Shown here piece by piece: positions 39,872-50,723 of a DNA stretch of 64,000 nt; the first letter of the stretch is position 1; every line of letters begins with the position of its first letter. Source of the stretch: Candidatus Coprovivens sp. (GTDB taxonomy: Bacteria > Bacillota_I > Bacilli_A > RF39 > UBA660); NCBI GenBank assembly GCA_051892935.1, contig JBJFGS010000031.1:32001-96000 (forward strand), in the 5' to 3' direction. Both the position numbers and the translations under genes were made by a program. Below the pieces are notes generated by a model. That model was not told where the DNA came from and ran no database searches. It worked only from the letters and a program-made list of their open reading frames with translations.

Positions 39872-41266
39872 GTGATAATTATGTATGATGAAGAAGTGAA
39901 AAAAATATTATTAGATAATATAAATGCTATACTAGGGGATAGAAAAGATGAAGAGCTTAAGAAGTATTTATTAGAAAAAGGTAAAAAAGCTTATGTATAT
40001 TATCAACAATATGGTATGGAAGCAATGTTAAGTATGTTAAAAGTAAAGATACCTGAAATGATAGGTGAATATGATAGAATGCATGAAGCTTACTTGACTC
40101 AGAAGTATGATCTTGATAATAGATTTGGAATAAGTATATCTTTTGAATTAATTGATTTAATCAATATAATGAGACAATGTTCTAGTAGCGAAGAGTTTGA
40201 GTTAAGGAAGAATGAATATATTTTATCATTAGGTGGTTTACCTATATTAGATGGTATTAGAGAAGTTACTTATGAAGAAATACAAAATATATATAAAAAT
40301 ATAATTGATAATGTAGATTGTATTACACCAGAAGTAGAAGGTAAGATGACTGCTACTATAAATAGTAATGTTCCTTTATTTGATGAAAATGGTAATATTA
40401 ACCAGGAGTTATTTAATTTTAAATATTTAGAGAAAGTTATTGAATTTGCTAAAGAGCATAATTTAGAAGTTCGTTTACATACCTTGGTATGGCATAAACA
40501 TTTTCCTCTAGTGTTGCGTAATCAACCTAAAGAAATTGTTAGGGAATTTTTGAAAGTTTATTTTGATAAAATAGCTAATTTGGGTGGTGAAGACTTTTCT
40601 TTTTATACAGTAGATGTTATTAATGAAATTGTTACTGATTCTAAAGATGATACAGAAGAAGATTTACGTAAGTCAGAATGGAGTAAGCTATTTGGAAGTG
40701 AGTATTATGTTGATGTATTAAGACTTGCTAGGGAAAGTTTTGGCCCAAATACTAAGATAGCTTATAACGAATATGATGAACAAGTACCCAATAAAAGAGC
40801 TCGTATAATGAGAGTTATTAATGAGATAAAGAAAAGGCAAAGAGATGGTGAAAGACTTCTTGATGTGTTTGGTATGCAAGCTCATTATACACAATATACT
40901 GAAGATAAAGATATTAAGGAAGCATTTTCGGATTTATCAAAAACTGGTTTAGAGTTACAAGTATCTGAGCTAGATGTTTCTTTTCATCAACAAGAAAATA
41001 ACTTGCAAATGAATAGGGTATTTAGAACTATATTTGATTGTGCTTCTTCGTATAATTTAGATTTAATTAATATGTGGGGAGTTAGTAAAAATATTTCTTG
41101 GAAAAGAGGAGAGTGTCAAACTTTCTTAGATGAACAAGGTAATGTAAATAAAAATGTTGAAAAGTTAATTAATGGTTTTAGTAGAAAAAGAATTGTCCAA
41201 AGAAAAAAAATTGAAATAGAAAATGAAGTAGGTAAATCATCAAGTTATTCACAGCAAGAACAATAA
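39872..41266 (+). CDS. GH10 (endo-1,4-beta-xylanase-like) domain protein
   Basis: HTLVWH, DVINE (acid/base), YNEY, GMQAH, VSELDV (nucleophile). Confidence 0.8.
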   Translation: MIIMYDEEVKKILLDNINAILGDRKDEELKKYLLEKGKKAYVYYQQYGMEAMLSMLKVKIPEMIGEYDRMHEAYLTQKYDLDNRFGISISFELIDLINIMRQCSSSEEFELRKNEYILSLGGLPILDGIREVTYEEIQNIYKNIIDNVDCITPEVEGKMTATINSNVPLFDENGNINQELFNFKYLEKVIEFAKEHNLEVRLHTLVWHKHFPLVLRNQPKEIVREFLKVYFDKIANLGGEDFSFYTVDVINEIVTDSKDDTEEDLRKSEWSKLFGSEYYVDVLRLARESFGPNTKIAYNEYDEQVPNKRARIMRVINEIKKRQRDGERLLDVFGMQAHYTQYTEDKDIKEAFSDLSKTGLELQVSELDVSFHQQENNLQMNRVFRTIFDCASSYNLDLINMWGVSKNISWKRGECQTFLDEQGNVNKNVEKLINGFSRKRIVQRKKIEIENEVGKSSSYSQQEQ

Positions 41267-41311
41267 TTATTATTTGACAAATAGAGCAATTGAGATTAAA
41301 ATAGCGTTATA

Positions 41312-41535
41312 AACGTTGATTGAGAAGAGTATTATGTAGAAATATTCTAGAGAGTTAGTGATTGGTGGAAACTAATATAGGATACATAAGAAGACACTCA
41401 GGAGTTGATTAGAAAATACATATCTAATCCGGTTAATAGCCGTTATATATAAAGAGATTATGAATATCATAATAATTTGGGTGGTACCGCGGATTTAACA
41501 GTTATTCGTCCCTTGTGGATGTTTAACTGTTTTTT
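41312..41535 (+). promoter_or_regulatory. T-box riboswitch with Asp (GAC) specifier
   Basis: Promoter TTGACA-17-TAAAAT (41274-41302); AGAGA and GGTGGAA stem I motifs; GAC at 41393-41395; CCGTTA; T-box AATTTGGGTGGTACCGCG at 41474-41491; terminator 41497-41535. Confidence 0.92.
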
Positions 41536-41561
41536 ATTTATAAAGAAAGGTGGAAAAAATT

Positions 41562-43322
41562 ATGTTAGAAAAGTTTAAACATTATAATATTAATAATGTA
41601 GGAGAGGAAGTTACTTTAGTAGGTTGGGTTTCTAAAGTAAGAAATCTTGGAGGCTTAGTATTTATTGATTTAAGAAATAGAACAGGTATTATGCAAGTAG
41701 TAGTAAGACCTGAAAATGAATATTACTCTGTTGCTGAGTCGTTAAAGAATGAATATGTAATCGAAGTAACTGGTAAAATTGTCGAAAGAGAAAGTAAGAA
41801 TACTAAGCTAGAGACTGGGGAAATAGAAGTAGAAGTTAGTAAGTTAGTACTTATCAACAAGTCAAAAGAAGTTCCGTTTGCTATTCAAGATGAAACTAAT
41901 GCATTAGAAGATACTAGATTAAAATATAGATATCTGGATTTAAGAAGAGAATCATTAAAAAATAATTTCGTTATTAGAAATGATATTACTTTTGCTACTA
42001 GAAAATTTTTGAATAGTTTAGATTTCTTAGAAGTTGAAACTCCTATTTTATGTAAGTCAACTCCAGAAGGGGCTAGAGACTATTTAGTACCTAGTAGAGT
42101 TAATAAAGGTAAGTTCTATGCATTACCACAATCTCCACAAATATTTAAACAGTTATTAATGGTATCTGGATTTGAAAGATATTTCCAAATAGCTAAATGT
42201 TTTAGAGATGAAGATTTAAGAGCAGATAGACAACCTGAATTTACACAGATAGATGTTGAGATGTCATTTGTTGATGAAGATCAAGTTATGTGGTTAGGTG
42301 AAAACTTAGTAGCTAGTATTTTTAAAGAAGTAAAAGGTATTGATGTTGAACTTCCATTAATGAGAATGAAATATGATGATGCGATGGCTAAATATGGTTC
42401 TGATAAACCTGATTTAAGATTTGGTATGGAAATACAAGATATTACTGAAGTATTTAAAGATACTGAATTCATGGTATTTAAAAATGTAATTAGTGAAGGT
42501 GGAGTAATTAATGCTATAGTAGTTAAAGATGTTGCTGATAAGTATTCTAGAAAAGAATTAGATAAATTGACTGATTATGTTAAAACTTATAGAGCTAGTG
42601 GTTTAGCTTACTTAAAATATCAAGAAGAAGTAAGTGGATCAATTTTCAAAGTAATGAGTGAAACTGAAGTTAATGCTGTTAGAGAAACTTTAGGTGTAGA
42701 AAATAACGATTTAGTATTAATTGTTAGTGGAGTTTATAAAATTGTTAAGGTTGCTCTTGGTGCATTAAGATGTAAATTAGCTAGAGACTTAGGTTTAATC
42801 AAACCTGGTGATTATAAGTTATTATGGGTTACTGATTTTCCTTCATTTGAATATAGTGAAGAAGAAGGAAGATATATGGCTTGTCATCATCCATTTACTG
42901 CGCCTAAAGATGAAGATGTTGATAAGTTATTAACAGATAAAGCTAATTGTTATAGTAAAGCTTATGACATTGTAATTAATGGATATGAAGCTGGTGGTGG
43001 ATCTATTCGTATCCATGATGAAAAAGTACAAGAAACTATGTTTAAAGCTTTAGAATTGACTGATGAAGATATTCAAAATAAATTTGGTTTCTTCGTTGAT
43101 GCTTTAAAATATGGTTGTCCTCCTCATGGTGGATTTGCACTTGGTTTAGATAGACTTACTATGTTACTTGCTGAGACTGAAAATATTCGTGATGTTATTG
43201 CATTTCCTAAGACTGCAAGTGCTACTGATTTAATGTGTGAATGTCCAAGTAGTGTTGATGAAGCTCAACTTATTGAACTTGGTCTTGCTTTAAGAGAAGA
43301 AAAGAAAAATGAAGAAAATTAA
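41562..43322 (+). CDS. aspS: Aspartate-tRNA ligase, bacterial type with GAD insert
   Basis: STPEGARDY, LPQSPQ, FRDEDLRADRQPEFTQ, PPHGGFALGLDR. Confidence 0.97.
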   Translation: MLEKFKHYNINNVGEEVTLVGWVSKVRNLGGLVFIDLRNRTGIMQVVVRPENEYYSVAESLKNEYVIEVTGKIVERESKNTKLETGEIEVEVSKLVLINKSKEVPFAIQDETNALEDTRLKYRYLDLRRESLKNNFVIRNDITFATRKFLNSLDFLEVETPILCKSTPEGARDYLVPSRVNKGKFYALPQSPQIFKQLLMVSGFERYFQIAKCFRDEDLRADRQPEFTQIDVEMSFVDEDQVMWLGENLVASIFKEVKGIDVELPLMRMKYDDAMAKYGSDKPDLRFGMEIQDITEVFKDTEFMVFKNVISEGGVINAIVVKDVADKYSRKELDKLTDYVKTYRASGLAYLKYQEEVSGSIFKVMSETEVNAVRETLGVENNDLVLIVSGVYKIVKVALGALRCKLARDLGLIKPGDYKLLWVTDFPSFEYSEEEGRYMACHHPFTAPKDEDVDKLLTDKANCYSKAYDIVINGYEAGGGSIRIHDEKVQETMFKALELTDEDIQNKFGFFVDALKYGCPPHGGFALGLDRLTMLLAETENIRDVIAFPKTASATDLMCECPSSVDEAQLIELGLALREEKKNEEN

Positions 43323-44622
43323 TTTTTCAGAATTAAAAAGTTATTATAATGAAGTAGTTGAACTTCATGGATTTGTTGAAAAGGTAAGAGATTTACAATA
43401 TGTACAATTTCTTATCTTAAGAGATAGGTCTGGTAGTGTACAAGTAACATTAGAGAAAGATGGTAGTTTAGAGGCATTAAATGAAATTGTTACGAATTTA
43501 AAATTAGAAAGTACTGTTAAAGTAACTGGTAAAGTATTAGAAAATGAGAAAGTTAAACTTGGTGGGTTAGAAGTAATACCTACTATGATAGAAATAACTA
43601 GTGAACCAAAAGAAGAATTACCAATAAATTATAAGGATTTAAATGGGACAAATTTGGACACCAGGATGGATTATCGATTCTTAGATTTGCGTAATGAAAA
43701 GAATCTATTAATGTTTAAAGTGCAAAGTTGTTTTGTAGAAGCAATGAGAGATTTCTTATATAAGAATAATTTTATGGAAATACATACTCCTAAATTAATA
43801 GGAGCTGCTTCTGAATCAGGTAGTGAAGTATTTGAAGTTAAGTATTTTAAAGATAAAGCTTTTTTAGCACAGAGTCCACAGTTTTATAAACAAATGGCGA
43901 TAGCTGCAGGATTTGAAAAAGTCTTTGAGGTAGGTCCAGTATTTAGAGCAGAGAATTCTAATACAAATAGACATGCTACTGAGTTTACAGGATTCGATTT
44001 AGAATTTAGTTATATTGATTCATACGAAGATGTAATGGAAATAGAAGAAGATATCCTAATAGCTGGTTTAACTAAAGTAAAAGATTTGTATGGTAATGAT
44101 ATTAAGAGACTTTATAATATAGAAGTAGTTATTCCTAAAAAACCATTTCCAAGAATTAAATTACAAGATTTATATCAAGAAATACATAAGAGATATAAAT
44201 ATGAAATACCTACTGAAGATGTAGGAGATATGAATAGTGAAGCTGAAAAATTAGCTTCTCGTTATGCAATGGAAGAATATGGACATGAATTTATATTTAT
44301 AACTGATTTTGCTAAAACTAAAAGGGCTTTTTATCATATGAGAAAAGATGATATTCCACAGGGATATGACTTAATTTGGAGAGGTACAGAAATTACTACA
44401 GGTGCGCAAAGAGAACATAGATATGATATATTATGTGAACAAGCTAAAGAAAAAGGATTAGGTAAGGACGTAGAGTTTTATTTAGAATTCTTTAAATATG
44501 GATGTCCGCCACATGGTGGATTTGGTCTTGGAGTAGATAGACTCACAATGTTATTATTAGGAACCTCTTCTTTAAAAGAAACAATGTTTTTATTTAGAGG
44601 ACCTAATAGGTTAACACCATAA
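43309..44622 (+). CDS. aspS: Second aspartate-tRNA ligase, archaeal-type (AspRS2)
   Basis: 437 aa, no GAD insert; LAQSPQFYKQ, FRAENSNTNRH, GAQREH, PPHGGFGLG. Confidence 0.85.
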   Translation: MKKINFSELKSYYNEVVELHGFVEKVRDLQYVQFLILRDRSGSVQVTLEKDGSLEALNEIVTNLKLESTVKVTGKVLENEKVKLGGLEVIPTMIEITSEPKEELPINYKDLNGTNLDTRMDYRFLDLRNEKNLLMFKVQSCFVEAMRDFLYKNNFMEIHTPKLIGAASESGSEVFEVKYFKDKAFLAQSPQFYKQMAIAAGFEKVFEVGPVFRAENSNTNRHATEFTGFDLEFSYIDSYEDVMEIEEDILIAGLTKVKDLYGNDIKRLYNIEVVIPKKPFPRIKLQDLYQEIHKRYKYEIPTEDVGDMNSEAEKLASRYAMEEYGHEFIFITDFAKTKRAFYHMRKDDIPQGYDLIWRGTEITTGAQREHRYDILCEQAKEKGLGKDVEFYLEFFKYGCPPHGGFGLGVDRLTMLLLGTSSLKETMFLFRGPNRLTP

Positions 44623-44630
44623 GGATTTAT

Positions 44631-45317
44631 ATGAAATATCAATATAGTGAAATAGATATGGCTTATGTTTATCGAAATCCTGAAGAATTCATTATTCCTG
44701 AAAATTTAGCAGCTTGTAAATTATTATGGAGTAAGAATATTTTTACTAAAATGTGTAATAATTATGATAATGAATTTTCGTGGATTACTATAAATTGTTT
44801 GTCTAGAGAAAATCAAGGTATTTTTGATTATTTAAGTAAAATAGATAATAGATTTGGAGCTACTTGGGGTGGTATTGGTCTTATTGTACCTATTAAACCA
44901 GAGCCAGGAATTGATACATTTGAAGCATTTAAGGAATTAATAGATTCTTTTGAAGTACAAGATGTTCAAAAAGACGGATGTATGGATTATGAAGAATTTA
45001 TGAGAATGTATACAGATTGTTATAGAATTATAGATAATCCTGAATATGTTTATGTTCCAAAACCTAAATTAGATGATTATGATGATGCTATGGAATACTC
45101 TAGAGCTTTTGATAGATATGTTGAATCAACATTAGTACCTATGAAATTAAGAGTATTTGATGAAAGTAAAATGACTAAATCATTTGAAGAATATATTAAT
45201 GATAGTAGATTTAAAGGTTTGTATGATGAAGATAATAGAAAGATTTATTATAATCAGATGTATTATCATGCACACATGAGATATAAAAGAGAAAGTAAAA
45301 CACCTAAATTAAATTAG
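44631..45317 (+). CDS. Hypothetical protein
   Basis: ORF only. Confidence 0.6.
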   Translation: MKYQYSEIDMAYVYRNPEEFIIPENLAACKLLWSKNIFTKMCNNYDNEFSWITINCLSRENQGIFDYLSKIDNRFGATWGGIGLIVPIKPEPGIDTFEAFKELIDSFEVQDVQKDGCMDYEEFMRMYTDCYRIIDNPEYVYVPKPKLDDYDDAMEYSRAFDRYVESTLVPMKLRVFDESKMTKSFEEYINDSRFKGLYDEDNRKIYYNQMYYHAHMRYKRESKTPKLN

Positions 45318-45412
45318 GTGTTTTATAATTTGTTTTAAAATACATAATTAAATGTATTTTTTTTACTTTTTTTAATTTATATGTGTTATAATTCTAATAG
45401 AATAATAAAGAG

Positions 45413-46711
45413 GTGTTTATAATGACTGATAGAGAAACTAATATAAGAAGTGTTTTGTTTTTAGTTATAGGTATATTGCTTCTATTATCATTAGTTATTT
45501 GTATATATATTGTTATTGGAGAAAAGGATCTTGTTAAAACTGATGCTGTTGTTACTGATGTAAAAAAAGATGTTAATGGTACCGGAAAAAATGATATTTA
45601 TTTAACATATGAAGTTGATGGTACTTCTTATAAATATAATTATTATACAAAAGATGATCTTAATGTAGATGATATTGTTTCAATTTATTATCATTCAAAG
45701 AATGCAACATCTGTTACAACATTTAAAGTTCCAAAAATTATATTTATTTGTCCGGTTATTGGTTTAGTATTATGTATTTTAGGTTTATATGAGTTATTTA
45801 AAAAGAATACTAGCGATGATGGAGAAGAAGATTTTAAAACTTCTGTAATTGGTGTAGTTGGTAATACACAGCAATTGAAAATTGTTGCGGATACTGAAGC
45901 TCAGGAATATGAAAAAACTCCAGAAGAAAAAATTGAACCGGTAGTTAAAACTATAAAAAAAGTTGTTACTGTTCAAACTAATAGCTCAGTTGATACTGCA
46001 ACGCCAACAAAAAAAGAAGAAGTTGTTGAATCAGTAGAAAAACCAAAAATTTCTTCACCAATTATAATTGAAAAGAAGACTGAACCGGTGGTAAAACCAG
46101 CTCCAAAAGCTACTCCAGCTATGGTTGAGGCTGAACCTACTAAAAAAGAAGAACAAGTTATTAAACCTGAACCTGTTGTTACAAAGACTGAGGACGTAAA
46201 ATCCACATCTGCTCCTGTTCCTGAAGATGTTGTTATTCCAAAACCAGCAGTTTCATCATCAGTAACAGATGATATAGTTAAAAAAGTACAAAATACGATG
46301 GTTTCTGCAGATAGTAAAAAGGTTACAATAGATGAAGATGATATTAAACAAGCTATTAAGGACGTTTTAAAAGAAGTAATTGCTGAAGTAAAAGAAGAAA
46401 AGACACCTCCAAAAAAAGTTGAACAAAGAAGAGTATTACCAAATTATTACTATATTTCAGGAACTTCATTAATATATGAAGAAGCTGGTAAAGAAGCCAA
46501 AGAAATCAGTTTAAAGACAGTAAAAAAGGTTGTTAGAACTGTTAATAGTGAAGGAAATGTAGTTAAATTAATTGTTTCAAATGATGAAATAAAGTGTATT
46601 TTAACAAATATGAAGAATATTGATTTGGAACAGGTTGCAAGTTTGTTAAATAATAAAATGCGTACAATAGATGAAAGTTTTAAAGAAGAAGTTGAATATA
46701 AAGAATATTAA
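45413..46711 (+). CDS. Membrane protein (DUF3592-like N-terminus, Pro/Glu/Lys-rich linker)
   Basis: TM-beta domain-TM followed by a low-complexity region. Confidence 0.6.
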   Translation: MFIMTDRETNIRSVLFLVIGILLLLSLVICIYIVIGEKDLVKTDAVVTDVKKDVNGTGKNDIYLTYEVDGTSYKYNYYTKDDLNVDDIVSIYYHSKNATSVTTFKVPKIIFICPVIGLVLCILGLYELFKKNTSDDGEEDFKTSVIGVVGNTQQLKIVADTEAQEYEKTPEEKIEPVVKTIKKVVTVQTNSSVDTATPTKKEEVVESVEKPKISSPIIIEKKTEPVVKPAPKATPAMVEAEPTKKEEQVIKPEPVVTKTEDVKSTSAPVPEDVVIPKPAVSSSVTDDIVKKVQNTMVSADSKKVTIDEDDIKQAIKDVLKEVIAEVKEEKTPPKKVEQRRVLPNYYYISGTSLIYEEAGKEAKEISLKTVKKVVRTVNSEGNVVKLIVSNDEIKCILTNMKNIDLEQVASLLNNKMRTIDESFKEEVEYKEY

Positions 46712-46745
46712 AAAATATAAATATTTTATTCTATATTAATGATGG

Positions 46746-47222
46746 ATGAGTATTATGAATAGAAAAAACAGAAAAATTGGTATATTTTCGATACTTTGTT
46801 TTGTAGTTGGATTATCATTATATTTAGTAGGAATTATTTTATTATTTAGTTCTTCATTAAGAAATATATCTTTATTTAGTATTTTCTTTTCTAAATTAGT
46901 ATTTACTACTGAATTAATACGAAAGCTCAAAGTATTGGGAGTTATCTTATTTGTTATAGGATTTATTGTATTTATGATAGCAGTTATTTCATTATATAAA
47001 AATAATGATTCAATGGATAATCATAAGAATCTAATCATAGAGGGGAAAGCTGATGTTATAACGTTAGTTATTATGACATATGTAATGATTTTTATGGTAG
47101 TAATATGTTTATTATATGATGAATTAATTGGTGCGTTATTATTTGGTATTACTATTGTAATACAGACTTTATTAAATAGTTTGTTGATTTCTTATTATAG
47201 TAAAATGTATAGAAAAAAATGA
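46746..47222 (+). CDS. Hypothetical 4-TM membrane protein
   Basis: Hydrophobicity pattern. Confidence 0.6.
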   Translation: MSIMNRKNRKIGIFSILCFVVGLSLYLVGIILLFSSSLRNISLFSIFFSKLVFTTELIRKLKVLGVILFVIGFIVFMIAVISLYKNNDSMDNHKNLIIEGKADVITLVIMTYVMIFMVVICLLYDELIGALLFGITIVIQTLLNSLLISYYSKMYRKK

Positions 47223-47274
47223 AAAGGTATTTTATATATCTTTTTTTATTGTTATAATTTTATTAGGTGATAGT

Positions 47275-47631
47275 ATGGATAATAAGAATAGAATTGTTGA
47301 TAAGTTTCTTGATAAATATGCTGAACGTAGTAGTAGAAAGACAGAATTAGTAAAAGTATATGTTAAACCAGCTAAGTGGAGAAGCTGTGTTGGCTTTATT
47401 ATTTCAACTATATTCTTTCTTTTATTATTAACTATATTTACTATAAAATTTTATTACTTTGTTATGTTATTTGTATCACTTATTATAGCTATTTATTATG
47501 GTATTAATTTATTTACAGAAAAAGGATTAGGGCTTCCTAGAACTATTGAAGTGGTTGTTGAAGAAGATGATTCCATAGAGGAATCAGAATTGAATAATCA
47601 AGAAAAATCTGATAGATATAAAGTACAATAA
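47275..47631 (+). CDS. Hypothetical membrane protein
   Basis: Two TM helices; AGGTGA RBS. Confidence 0.6.
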   Translation: MDNKNRIVDKFLDKYAERSSRKTELVKVYVKPAKWRSCVGFIISTIFFLLLLTIFTIKFYYFVMLFVSLIIAIYYGINLFTEKGLGLPRTIEVVVEEDDSIEESELNNQEKSDRYKVQ

Positions 47632-47691
47632 TTATTGAAGTAGTCGATAATTATTGTACTTTTTTTTATTTAAGGTTATAATTTATAATAG

Positions 47692-48261
47692 GTGAGAAAT
47701 ATGAATATAGGAATAGATATTGATGATACAATTACTCATACTTATGAAACTTTACTTCCTATGGTAGCTATTAGATATGGGATGAATTTAAAAAAACTAC
47801 AATTGCAAAAACCTTCATATGCAATGCTACGAAATATGTTACCTAATTATGAAACTTTTGCATCTGAAAGTCTTCCTGTTGTGGCTAAAATTGTTCCATT
47901 AAGAGATGGTGTTATTGATGTTTTAACTAAGTTAAGAGAGCAGGGGCATAAAATAATTTTTATGACAGCACGAAATAATGCTGAATATAAGGATCCTTAT
48001 AAGATAAGTCATGAATTTTTAGAAGTAAATGGTGTTCCTTATGATAAATTGTTAGTTAATATTGAAGATAAGGCTCAACAATGTATTGTAGAGAATATTG
48101 ATTTATTTATAGATGATAATAATGATAATTGTCGTTTAGTTCATAAAACAGGAATTGAAACTTGGCAATTTGGTACTATATTTACTCAAAAGATTAAGGG
48201 TATTGATAGAGTTGATTCTTGGAACGAGGTCTATAATAGAATACAAGAAATGTGTGCTTAG
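47692..48261 (+). CDS. HAD-family 5'(3')-nucleotidase-like protein
   Basis: IGIDIDDTI, MTAR, FIDD. Confidence 0.8.
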   Translation: MRNMNIGIDIDDTITHTYETLLPMVAIRYGMNLKKLQLQKPSYAMLRNMLPNYETFASESLPVVAKIVPLRDGVIDVLTKLREQGHKIIFMTARNNAEYKDPYKISHEFLEVNGVPYDKLLVNIEDKAQQCIVENIDLFIDDNNDNCRLVHKTGIETWQFGTIFTQKIKGIDRVDSWNEVYNRIQEMCA

Positions 48262-48340
48262 GATGATTTTATATCATCTTTTTTATTGTATTTTTTTATA
48301 CAAAATGATATATTATATAATAATTTTGAGGGGGACTTTT

Positions 48341-48793
48341 ATGAAAGTTATATTTTTGGATTTTAATGGTGTTTTAGATACTTGGTTTGATATGGATAAT
48401 ATTAATTACGATAATTTACAACGTTTAAAATGGATAGTTGATGAAACGGATGCTAAAGTTGTTATTAGTTCTTCTATTAAAAGAAATTATGTTAGAACAG
48501 GTGTTATGGGTGGTATTTTATTAAAATTGGTAAATTGTTTGTTAGATGAAGGAATAGATGTTATTGGTGTTACTCCTAATGCTGAGACTAGAGAATATGA
48601 AATAATGATGTATTTACATGATCATCCTGAAATAGATAATTATGTTATATTAGATGATGATTATGATATGGAAAGATTATCTGAACATTTAGTAAAATTA
48701 CCTCCACAAAGTATTGGTCAGAATCAACTTGGATTGCAAAAGCATTATGCTGAAGCAGCAATTGCAATTTTGAAGAATGATTTTAAAAGATAA
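48341..48793 (+). CDS. HAD-domain protein (HAD_SAK_2-like)
   Basis: MKVIFLDFNGVL, VVISSS, YVILDDD; GAGGGG RBS before ATG 48341. Confidence 0.75.
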   Translation: MKVIFLDFNGVLDTWFDMDNINYDNLQRLKWIVDETDAKVVISSSIKRNYVRTGVMGGILLKLVNCLLDEGIDVIGVTPNAETREYEIMMYLHDHPEIDNYVILDDDYDMERLSEHLVKLPPQSIGQNQLGLQKHYAEAAIAILKNDFKR

Positions 48794-48863
48794 AATATTA
48801 TTCTGATTTAGAATAATATTTTTTTATGGTATACTATATTTATTGATAAGGTAGTGTGATAGT

Positions 48864-49607
48864 ATGAATAATCGTAAAGATTTCTTTTATGGTGCTGGTT
48901 TTGATGAAGTTAATCAAAATGATCAGTCTGTAAATAATGGTTTTAGCAATCAAAATATGCAGAATCCGAATATGCAAAATCAATTTTCTAAATCTCCGGA
49001 TAATATGTTTAGTAATGCTCAACAATTTTCTAATGCTAATGAAATGTTAAGTAATCAAGGAATACCAGTTTCACAATTTCAAAGTAGTATGCCTAGTAGT
49101 GGACAAGAGTTTTCTAATAACAATAATCAATTTGTTAATGCTCAACCTGTTAATAATTTGATTAATAACCAGAATAGAAATGTTAATAATGAAAATAAAA
49201 ATGGTTTTTTAAAAGTTTTATTAATGCTTTTTTTCTTAATTGGAGTTATTTTATTGTTATTTGTTTTTGGTCATAAAACTTTATCATGCGAACAAGAAGT
49301 TGAATTATATACTTCTTCTGTAAAGATGAAGTATGATATAGAATACTGGTTTGGTAAGGGTACAAGTAAAAATATGATTATGGAAGTTGATTTAGTTAAT
49401 TTAAATGAAAGTAGTAAAGATCTTATTATTGATGAAGTGAAAGAGTTAGCTGATTCTCTTGAAGAAGATAATACAAGTGTTAAAATAGATGAATCTGAAG
49501 AGTCTATAGTATTAACTGTAAAAAAGAAAATTTCTTTTGACGATGAAGTTGAATCATATGATAAAGAAAGAAACAATCTTTTAGATAATGAATATATTTG
49601 TAAATAA
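48864..49607 (+). CDS. Membrane-anchored protein with N/Q-rich N-terminus
   Basis: Low-complexity N-terminus, single TM, KTLSC domain. Confidence 0.6.
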   Translation: MNNRKDFFYGAGFDEVNQNDQSVNNGFSNQNMQNPNMQNQFSKSPDNMFSNAQQFSNANEMLSNQGIPVSQFQSSMPSSGQEFSNNNNQFVNAQPVNNLINNQNRNVNNENKNGFLKVLLMLFFLIGVILLLFVFGHKTLSCEQEVELYTSSVKMKYDIEYWFGKGTSKNMIMEVDLVNLNESSKDLIIDEVKELADSLEEDNTSVKIDESEESIVLTVKKKISFDDEVESYDKERNNLLDNEYICK

Positions 49608-49631
49608 GAATATTAGTTTTAAGGTGATTTT

Positions 49632-50600
49632 ATGATTATACCAAGTTTTTTGAAAGAGAATGATATTATTGGTGTAACTGCTTGTAGTTGTGGTGTTTTA
49701 AAAAAAATAGATAAGTATGAAAAGAGTATTAAGCAATTTGAAGATAGAGGATTTAAAGTAATTGAAACAAGTAATGTAAGAACTGCCGGTGTAGTTAGTG
49801 GCGATAAAGTAACTAGAGCTAGGGAATTAGAAAGTTTATTTATAGATAAAAATGTCGATGCGGTAGCAATTGCTAGTGGTGGGGACTTTTTATATGATAT
49901 GCTTTCAGAAGTTGATTTTGATATATTGAAAAATAATGTTAAATGGTTAATTGGTAGTAGTGATCCAACTAGTTTACTTTATATATTAACTACTAATTAC
50001 GATATAGCTACTATATATAGTCCATGTAATATGTCTGGATTAAGTAGTGAAAGTTTACATAAATCTTATTTAGATTATTTTAATATATTAAAGGGAAATT
50101 TAGTTAAACAGGAAAAATCATTATTTTTTGAAAATAATGAGATAGATGATTTATTTGATCAACCTAATGAGTGGATTAATATAAATGGAGATGTTTTGGA
50201 AGAAGGTATTCTTATTGGGGGATGCATTGAGGTACTTAAAGATGTTATAGGAACTAAATTTGATAAGACTAATTCTTTTTTGGATAAATATAAAGATGAA
50301 GGTCTTATATGGTATTTTGATGTATTTAGTATGAGTAGTGAAAATCTTTACAATACTTTGTTGCAATTTGATAACGCAGGATGGTTTAGATATACTAATG
50401 CTATTATTATTGGTAAAGTGAGATTTCCTAGTACATTTACAGATATGAAATATGAAGATGCTATAAAAAAAGCATTATCTAATATAAAGATAGTATATAA
50501 TTTTGATTTGGGTCATGTTAAGCCATCTTTTACAATGATAAATGGTATGAAAGCTAGAGTAGTAAGTAATAGTGAAGAAGGATATATGGAGTTTTTATAG
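49632..50600 (+). CDS. Peptidase S66 (LD-carboxypeptidase/MccF-like)
   Basis: GSSDPT, GGCIEVL, DLGHVKP. Confidence 0.85.
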   Translation: MIIPSFLKENDIIGVTACSCGVLKKIDKYEKSIKQFEDRGFKVIETSNVRTAGVVSGDKVTRARELESLFIDKNVDAVAIASGGDFLYDMLSEVDFDILKNNVKWLIGSSDPTSLLYILTTNYDIATIYSPCNMSGLSSESLHKSYLDYFNILKGNLVKQEKSLFFENNEIDDLFDQPNEWININGDVLEEGILIGGCIEVLKDVIGTKFDKTNSFLDKYKDEGLIWYFDVFSMSSENLYNTLLQFDNAGWFRYTNAIIIGKVRFPSTFTDMKYEDAIKKALSNIKIVYNFDLGHVKPSFTMINGMKARVVSNSEEGYMEFL

Positions 50601-50657
50601 TATATATTGATAAATTATGAAAAGATTATGAAAAATTATTAATCTTTTTTTTATTTC

Positions 50658-50708
50658 TTGCATATATTATATGTCGGAGGTATAATTTAATAGTTCGTTA
50701 TCGAACTA
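50658..50708 (+). promoter_or_regulatory. Sigma-A promoter plus palindromic MarR-type operator
   Basis: TTGCAT-17-TATAAT (50658-50686); TAGTTCG-ttat-CGAACTA (50691-50708). Confidence 0.7.
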
Positions 50709-50723
50709 GTTTGGGTGAGTTGT

